Positions 58,347 to 64,000 of a DNA stretch of 64,000 nucleotides are shown here, piece after piece. Below the pieces are notes generated by a model, which was not told where the DNA came from, ran no database searches, and was given only the letters and a program-made list of their open reading frames with translations. Position 1 is the stretch's first letter; the number at the start of each line of letters is the position of its first letter. Both the position numbers and the translations under genes were made by a program. Source of the stretch: Nitrospirae bacterium MYbin3 (GTDB lineage: Bacteria > Nitrospirota > Thermodesulfovibrionia > Thermodesulfovibrionales > Dissulfurispiraceae); assembly GCA_002753335.1 (NCBI GenBank), contig PEAD01000012.1:1-64000 (forward strand). The letters run 5' to 3'.

Positions 58347-60146
58347 TCAAGCACATGTCCTGTTTCTCCCTTTTTCTTTGGCACGGTATAGTAAGTTATC
58401 AGCATTTTTTACGAGGTCATCAGCGGACTTTAACCCTTCATAAACAGAAGTGACGCCAAGGCTTATAGTAACCCTGCCGTCAGGCTGAGTCTTGCCTCCC
58501 GCAAATTCTGTTGACTCTATCTCTTTTCTCAGCCTCTCAGCTATAGTAAAGGCCATTTCTTTTCCTGTCTCCGGCAATATTACGACAAACTCTTCTCCTC
58601 CGTAGCGGGAAACTATATCGGAGCTTCTAAATATCTTTTTCGCGATCATCGAAAAGTCTTTGAGCAGTTTGTCGCCTTCAGGATGGCCATTTGTATCGTT
58701 ATATTTTTTGAAATAATCTATATCCATCATCACAAGAGAAAGCTCTCTTTTGTATCTGCAAGCCCTTTCAAATTCCTCATTCAGGCGTTCTGTGAAATAC
58801 CTGCGGTTAAAAAGCGATGTCAAGCCGTCCGTAATCGCAAGAATTTTTGTCTCTTCAAACAGCATCGCGTTTTCTAATGCTATTCCAACTTGGCTTGCTG
58901 TGGCGATCAAAAGTTCATATGATGCTTCATCGAAGGTTTCACCGCCCACCCGATAAGCATTCAACAATCCGATCACCTGCCCCCTTCCCTTAAATGGCGC
59001 ACAGATAAGGGAGCTTATGTCATCGTCAAGACCTTCGGTCGGGATAAAGCTTGGGTGGGCAGAAAGATCATTCAGCATTTCGGCAATGCCGATTACAGCA
59101 ATAATCCCGTAAACACCTTCGCCCAGTCTAAAGCGCGCTTCCTGAGCCTTATCCGCTCCTGCTACAATCTTCAGCTCTTTGCTTTGGGCATCTACAAGCA
59201 TCACGCTCAACCTATGGAGCTTAAGCGCTTGGCTCACGCTCTCCACAACCTGATTTAAGAGCTTCTCCATTTCAAAGGTTGCGGAGAGATTTTTGCTTAT
59301 GTTGTAAAGTGCATAAAGCTGGAGTATGTTTTGGTCCAGCCGGCGGTTTGCTTTCTCCAAACTTGCTGAATATTCTTTTACCTCATCTATTTTTTCTTTC
59401 AGGGACTGCGCCATAGTGTTAAATTGGGTTCCCAATAAACCGATTTCGTCATCGTTCTGAACATTGACCCTGTGTTCAAGGTTTCCCTGGCTTATAAGAT
59501 TTGCGGAGCTTGTGAGTTCTAACAGGGGCAAAGCTATTTTCCGTTTGAACATGAAACCAACAAAAAAACTTCCGAATAGGACTATGACTACTATTGCCAT
59601 AAAAATACCGAAGAGTCTTCTGCTTATTGCGTCGGTCTTTTTATTATGTTTATCCATCTCTGACCATATCAGGTTGTGCAGCTTTTCGATTTTTATTGCA
59701 AGATCGCTTCCAAATGCATCCATCTCTTTCATAAGGGCCGATGACTTTCTATTGCTTGTAGGATTGTTTGTTGAAAGAAGCACGAGTGCCTTCTGCTGCA
59801 GCTCAATAAATCCTTTTTCTATTTCTTGCGCCTGCGTTTTTTCATCATCTGCTTTGTTTGCAACAGCCTTCATTTTTTCGAGCAGGGCAGCGGTCTCTGT
59901 AATCAGCTTGGCAAAATTTCTTCTCTCTTCAATGTCTCCTGTTATAAGGTAATCATTAGGGGGCATCAATGTTTTATGAATCAATGACTGGAGGTCGCCG
60001 ACAAGCTCAATTTTATGGGCAAGTTCGATGCTTTTGTTGTTAATGGCCTGATAGGAACTCAGACTTATGTAGCTGAAAACTGCAAATAAAACAAACAATG
60101 CAAAACCGATCCCATGAAAACCTAAAAGCCTCTTTGTTATTCCCAT
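58347..60146 (-). CDS. Membrane diguanylate cyclase (helical periplasmic sensor, HAMP, GAF, GGDEF)
   Basis: Two TMs, DEIGLLGTQFN HAMP, GAF ending IALENA, RSSD I-site and GGEEF. Confidence 0.9.
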   Translation of the reverse strand: MGITKRLLGFHGIGFALFVLFAVFSYISLSSYQAINNKSIELAHKIELVGDLQSLIHKTLMPPNDYLITGDIEERRNFAKLITETAALLEKMKAVANKADDEKTQAQEIEKGFIELQQKALVLLSTNNPTSNRKSSALMKEMDAFGSDLAIKIEKLHNLIWSEMDKHNKKTDAISRRLFGIFMAIVVIVLFGSFFVGFMFKRKIALPLLELTSSANLISQGNLEHRVNVQNDDEIGLLGTQFNTMAQSLKEKIDEVKEYSASLEKANRRLDQNILQLYALYNISKNLSATFEMEKLLNQVVESVSQALKLHRLSVMLVDAQSKELKIVAGADKAQEARFRLGEGVYGIIAVIGIAEMLNDLSAHPSFIPTEGLDDDISSLICAPFKGRGQVIGLLNAYRVGGETFDEASYELLIATASQVGIALENAMLFEETKILAITDGLTSLFNRRYFTERLNEEFERACRYKRELSLVMMDIDYFKKYNDTNGHPEGDKLLKDFSMIAKKIFRSSDIVSRYGGEEFVVILPETGKEMAFTIAERLRKEIESTEFAGGKTQPDGRVTISLGVTSVYEGLKSADDLVKNADNLLYRAKEKGRNRTCA

Positions 60147-60241
60147 TTTTGATTTATCCCCTGCGCACTATTATTTTGATGAAATTGCCTTAATTATACT
60201 AAATTCAATCAGGAGGTGCCTGAAAGAGCAAGTCTTTGCGG

Positions 60242-60811
60242 TTACTCCCTCGGCTTTGCAAGAACCTCTAATACTCTCAAATCAAGCGTGCGCTTTGAAG
60301 CGGCCGATTTTATTATGAGCACAGTGTCTGCTCCGCGGGCTGTTCCTGCCACCGCAATAACCTCTTCGCATTCCGGAATGAGTCCTGCGTCTGCAGCCAT
60401 AAGAACTATCTCGACAGCTACTTTTGTTCCCTGACCGAATATCCTGAGCGTATTTGCAAAAATAAGTGTTGGATAGAGCCCCTGGAATTTTGCTGCAAAG
60501 GCTGTTTCTATGCTGTGCGTCACCATAGTGCCTGTGTGGATCTTTGCTCCTGCTGATTCGATCGCTTTTTTCCTGTCTTCGGCAAGCTCGATTACATTTG
60601 GACCTTTGAAGTTCGCGCAGTGTGTTACGGCTACAATGTTAGCGCCGGTTGTTTTGAGCTTCTCTGCAAAGAGAAGCGCGGTGTCTCCTTCGGTTGTTGC
60701 AACAACAAGATGTTTGAATCCCCGCTCGCGTATAGCCTTATCAACTATTGCAAGACATGTTTCTGTGTTAGCCTTTCCTGATTTCTCAAAGTATGCTGCG
60801 GTTGATTCCAT
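60242..60811 (-). CDS. Pyruvate-kinase C-terminal-like domain protein (COG1751 type)
   Basis: YFEKSGKANT, VVATTEGDTA, GQGTKVAVEIVLMAADAG, GTARGADT. Confidence 0.8.
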   Translation of the reverse strand: MESTAAYFEKSGKANTETCLAIVDKAIRERGFKHLVVATTEGDTALLFAEKLKTTGANIVAVTHCANFKGPNVIELAEDRKKAIESAGAKIHTGTMVTHSIETAFAAKFQGLYPTLIFANTLRIFGQGTKVAVEIVLMAADAGLIPECEEVIAVAGTARGADTVLIIKSAASKRTLDLRVLEVLAKPRE

Positions 60812-60824
60812 AAACTCCCCCTGA

Positions 60825-61970
60825 TTACCATTCTTTAAGGATAGATAAAAGTCTCTCGATGTCTTCATCATTGTGCGACGCGCTCACCGACAGCCTGATT
60901 CTTGGCGTGTGTACAGTGGGCGGCCTTATGGCAGGCGCGTATATGCCTTTGTCCGAAAGGTGCTGAGCAAGGCTGAGCGAATTTTCGATCGAACCTGTGT
61001 TTAAAGGTATAATCGGTGTTTCGCTTTTCATCGTGTCAAAACCGAGCTTTTGCAGCCCATCAAAAAGTCGTGCCCTGTTTGTCCAGAGCTTTTCTATAAG
61101 GCGTTTATCCATGCGGATGAGTTTAATAGCCGCAAGAGATGCAGCCGCCACAGAGGCCGGAAGCGCGGTTGAGAATATGAATCCCCGTCCTGAATTTATA
61201 AGCCAGTCTATGACCGCTTTTTCTCCAGCGATAAAGGCGCCGAAGGAGCCGAGCGCTTTAGAAAACGTGCCCATCTGGATTATTGAGGAATCGGGCTCTA
61301 TGCCAAAATGTTTTAATGCCCCGCAGCCTTCCCCCAGCACACCCGTTCCATGCGCATCGTCAAGGTAAAGAAGCGCGTCGTGGTTCTTGCAGATTCGGTG
61401 CAGCGCTGCAACAGGAGCGATGTCGCCGTCCATGCTGAACACCGATTCGGTGACAATAATTTTTTTGCCTTCGTGTTGATCCATCAGTTCGTTTAGATGT
61501 TCGATGTCGGCATGTCTGTATATAACCTTCTTTGCACTGCTGAGTCTGCATCCGTCAATGATGCTCGCGTGGTTAAGTTCATCGCTGAATATCGTGCAGT
61601 TCTCGTCAGCAATTGCGGGTATTGCGGTTATGTTTGCGGAGTAGCCTGAATTGAGCACCAGAGCGGCTTCGGATGATTTGAACTCCGCGATTGAGTGTTC
61701 AAGCTCTTTGTGGATTTCTGTTCCTCCGGCAAGCAGACGTGATGAGCCTCCACCCGCACCGTAGGCATCGATGGCTTTTTTTGCGGCTTCGACAAGCTCT
61801 GTGCTGCCTGCAAGGCCCAGATAGTCGTTGGATGCAAAGCTGATGTATTCAACTCCACCAATCAAAATTTTTGACGCGTCCCTGCTTCCTGACAATGATC
61901 CTCTGTCTTTAATTTTGCGCAAAAGATTTTTTTGCCGGAGCTCTTCCAAATTTTTATCGAACAGTCTCAT
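60825..61970 (-). CDS. bioF: 8-amino-7-oxononanoate synthase
   Basis: SNDYLGL, DELNHASIIDG, FSMDGD, DDAHG, TFSKALG. Confidence 0.93.
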   Translation of the reverse strand: MRLFDKNLEELRQKNLLRKIKDRGSLSGSRDASKILIGGVEYISFASNDYLGLAGSTELVEAAKKAIDAYGAGGGSSRLLAGGTEIHKELEHSIAEFKSSEAALVLNSGYSANITAIPAIADENCTIFSDELNHASIIDGCRLSSAKKVIYRHADIEHLNELMDQHEGKKIIVTESVFSMDGDIAPVAALHRICKNHDALLYLDDAHGTGVLGEGCGALKHFGIEPDSSIIQMGTFSKALGSFGAFIAGEKAVIDWLINSGRGFIFSTALPASVAAASLAAIKLIRMDKRLIEKLWTNRARLFDGLQKLGFDTMKSETPIIPLNTGSIENSLSLAQHLSDKGIYAPAIRPPTVHTPRIRLSVSASHNDEDIERLLSILKEW

Positions 61971-62057
61971 TGGTTCGAGATAGACCCTATATATTGTGGT
62001 CGTTTAGAGGCTGAGACCACAAAATACATAACTGAATATAAAAATGTGTTTTTTCTA

Positions 62058-62087
62058 TTGACATACAATGTGTGTTGGCCATATTCT
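62058..62087 (+). promoter_or_regulatory. Promoter of the dcw cluster
   Basis: TTGACA-N18-TATTCT. Confidence 0.6.
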
Positions 62088-62093
62088 ATCCTT

Positions 62094-62118
62094 GTGGTAA
62101 AAAGTGGTGAAAAGTGGT
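62094..62118 (+). promoter_or_regulatory. MraZ-binding direct repeats
   Basis: GTGGT x3 at 10-bp period just upstream of mraZ. Confidence 0.85.
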
Positions 62119-62126
62119 AAATAGAT

Positions 62127-62582
62127 ATGGCGACATTTAAAGGAACATATTATTACTCCCTGGACCCGAAAGGCAGAATCATGATCCCTGCTCCTTTGCG
62201 CGAAGTATTTTTCACCAAGTACAACAATTCCAAACTATATATCACGAATGCTCCGTTTGACAAGTGTCTGCATGCATATCCTGTTGGTGAATGGGACCTG
62301 CTTGAGGAAAAGCTGAGGGCTGCGCCGAAGTCTGATGAGGCGGTCCAGTTTTTCATGAGGCGTGTAATTGCTGCAGCGGTGGAGTGCGAACTTGATAAGC
62401 AGGGCAGGATAATGATCCCTTATGAACTTCGCGAAAACGCTATCAGCAGCAGCGAAATAGTGATAGCCGGGCTTGTGGACAGGCTTGAAATATGGGACAA
62501 GGCAAGATGGAAAGAGACTATCGATCCTGCAAGAGTTGACAGGAAGATTTTGGAGCCGAGGCTCGCGTCTTTCGGCATATGA
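62127..62582 (+). CDS. mraZ: Transcriptional regulator MraZ
   Basis: Two DxxGR motifs (DPKGR, DKQGR), RLEIWD. Confidence 0.95.
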   Translation: MATFKGTYYYSLDPKGRIMIPAPLREVFFTKYNNSKLYITNAPFDKCLHAYPVGEWDLLEEKLRAAPKSDEAVQFFMRRVIAAAVECELDKQGRIMIPYELRENAISSSEIVIAGLVDRLEIWDKARWKETIDPARVDRKILEPRLASFGI

Positions 62583-63451
62583 TGGTCCATCAGCCGGTAA
62601 TGATCGAGGAGACTTTAGAAATGCTTAACATCAAACAGGATGGGACTTATGTTGACGCCACTGTCGGTCTAGGCGGGCATTCTTCAGCTATCCTCTCACG
62701 TCTCGATGAGCACGGCCGGATAGTGGGCATTGACAGGGATGATAATGCGCTTAGCATAGCTTTTGAGCGGCTCGGCAACAACAGAGTTCATCTGGCAAAG
62801 GGCAGCTTTTCGTCGATAGACCGGATACTGGCTTCTTTTGGTGTTGCGGGGTTTGATGGTGTTGTTTTCGATCTTGGGCTTTCGATGATGCAGCTCAAGG
62901 ATTTAGGCAGGGGCTTCAGCTTTAATTCAACAGAGAGGCTTGATATGAGGATGGACCGGTCTCAGGCTCTTTCTGCATGGGATGTGGTTAATCGCTATCA
63001 GGAGAAGACGATCGAAAAGATATTGAAGGAATACGGGGAAGAACGGCTTGCCACTAAGATCGCAAAGGCCATTATTTCAAATCGCAAGCAGGCCGCAATA
63101 AACACATGCTCAGAACTTGCCGAAATTGTTTCGGCTGTTTACGGCTACAGGGGAAAGATACATCCTGCAACGAGGACTTTTCAGGCTTTGAGAATAGAAG
63201 TGAACAGGGAACTGGACGAACTCAGGGAGGGGCTTTCTGCCGCTGCATCAGGCTTGAGGAACGGCGGCAGGGTTTGCGTAATATCCTACCACTCGCTGGA
63301 AGACAGAATAGTAAAAAACTTTATTCGTGACGGAGCAAAGTCCGGCGCCTTAAGAAATATTACCAAGAAGCCGCTTGTGCCCAAGGCTGAAGAAACAAAA
63401 AGGAATCCCGCCTCGAGGAGCGCAAAACTTAGGGGGGCCGAAAAAATATGA
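62579..63451 (+). CDS. rsmH: 16S rRNA m4C1402 methyltransferase
   Basis: DATVGLGGH, LDMRMD, TFQALRIEVN, SYHSLEDR, RSAKLR. Confidence 0.97.
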   Translation: MMVHQPVMIEETLEMLNIKQDGTYVDATVGLGGHSSAILSRLDEHGRIVGIDRDDNALSIAFERLGNNRVHLAKGSFSSIDRILASFGVAGFDGVVFDLGLSMMQLKDLGRGFSFNSTERLDMRMDRSQALSAWDVVNRYQEKTIEKILKEYGEERLATKIAKAIISNRKQAAINTCSELAEIVSAVYGYRGKIHPATRTFQALRIEVNRELDELREGLSAAASGLRNGGRVCVISYHSLEDRIVKNFIRDGAKSGALRNITKKPLVPKAEETKRNPASRSAKLRGAEKI

Positions 63452-63816
63452 GAAGGGTCAAGAAGAGTTTCTTTTCGATGATCGCAAGACCTCTTCTTGT
63501 TGTTTTGGTAATCTTGTCAGCCTTCACCATAGTATGGATAAGGTCAACCGTCGTATCTCTGGAGTATTCGATAAACAATCTGGAAAAAAAGAAGATGCAG
63601 GCATTGAAAGAGAGCAAGCTGCTTTCGGCCGAAAAGGCGAATCTTTTATCGATAGAGAAGCTCGAAAAAGTCGCATCCAATAATTTTGTGATACCCGACA
63701 GGGTAAAGGTTGTGCAGGTGAGACAGGGTTGGGTAAAGGTGCCGCAGAAGGTGGCCCTTTCGGTTGAGGAAGGGGAATTTTCTCCCCGCAGAATGCTTAA
63801 GAAAATTATGGATTAA
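63448..63816 (+). CDS. ftsL: Cell division protein FtsL-like
   Basis: One TM plus a coiled coil, located between rsmH and the PBP gene. Confidence 0.7.
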   Translation: MRRVKKSFFSMIARPLLVVLVILSAFTIVWIRSTVVSLEYSINNLEKKKMQALKESKLLSAEKANLLSIEKLEKVASNNFVIPDRVKVVQVRQGWVKVPQKVALSVEEGEFSPRRMLKKIMD

Positions 63817-63824
63817 CAATAGAT

Positions 63825-64000
63825 ATGAAAAAAAGAGCGATTATACTTGGGGTTTTGGTAACTATCGGGTATATCGCTGTTGCCGCCAGACTGTCCCAGA
63901 TAATGCTTGTTGAACACGACCTGTTTACGGCAAAGGCTAAAGGGCAGCAGATAAAAAAAGAGGCGGTGCCTGTTAAGCGCGGAATGATACTTGACAGGGC
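63825..64000 (+). CDS. ftsI: Penicillin-binding protein FtsI, N-terminal part only
   Basis: MKKRAIIL...TM...KRGMILDR; dcw gene order. Confidence 0.8.
   Translation, partial: MKKRAIILGVLVTIGYIAVAARLSQIMLVEHDLFTAKAKGQQIKKEAVPVKRGMILDR

Overview
Bacterial chromosomal window, probably from a sulfur-cycling anaerobe or microaerophile of the Nitrospirota/Thermodesulfovibrionia type (taxonomy is inferred from the AprA N-terminus, gene content and AGR-rich codon use). It contains: a partial Cu-type P1B ATPase; a NIT-domain hybrid kinase paired with a REC-GGDEF cyclase; aroKB; rlmB; tRNA-Arg(ACG) followed by a small accessory islet (DUF6516 toxin-antitoxin-like pair and a DUF2156-rhomboid fusion); livHMGF, with livK 27 kb away; a two-MotA/one-MotB stator locus with a PilZ gene; a complete adk-sat-aprBA-qmoABC-CBS-hppA module whose Sat resembles the sulfur-oxidiser type; rpmE-DUF1385-prfA; a 6S RNA not in the ORF track; a 1504-aa propeller/BACON surface protein; rpmH-yidD-yidC without rnpA; bioF; and the start of the dcw cluster. 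The best candidate for an undescribed system is a tightly coupled minus-strand operon at 47968-57271. It links an ODP-like di-iron sensor carrying a 4-Cys insert to a sensorless histidine kinase, CheY-like receivers, an unannotated 49-aa protein with a FliM/CheZ-like CheY-binding motif, an orphan PilB/GspE ATPase, a MASE1-CHASE hybrid kinase interrupted by one in-frame TGA, a diguanylate cyclase and an Hpt protein. All family calls come from motif recognition by eye; no database searches were run.
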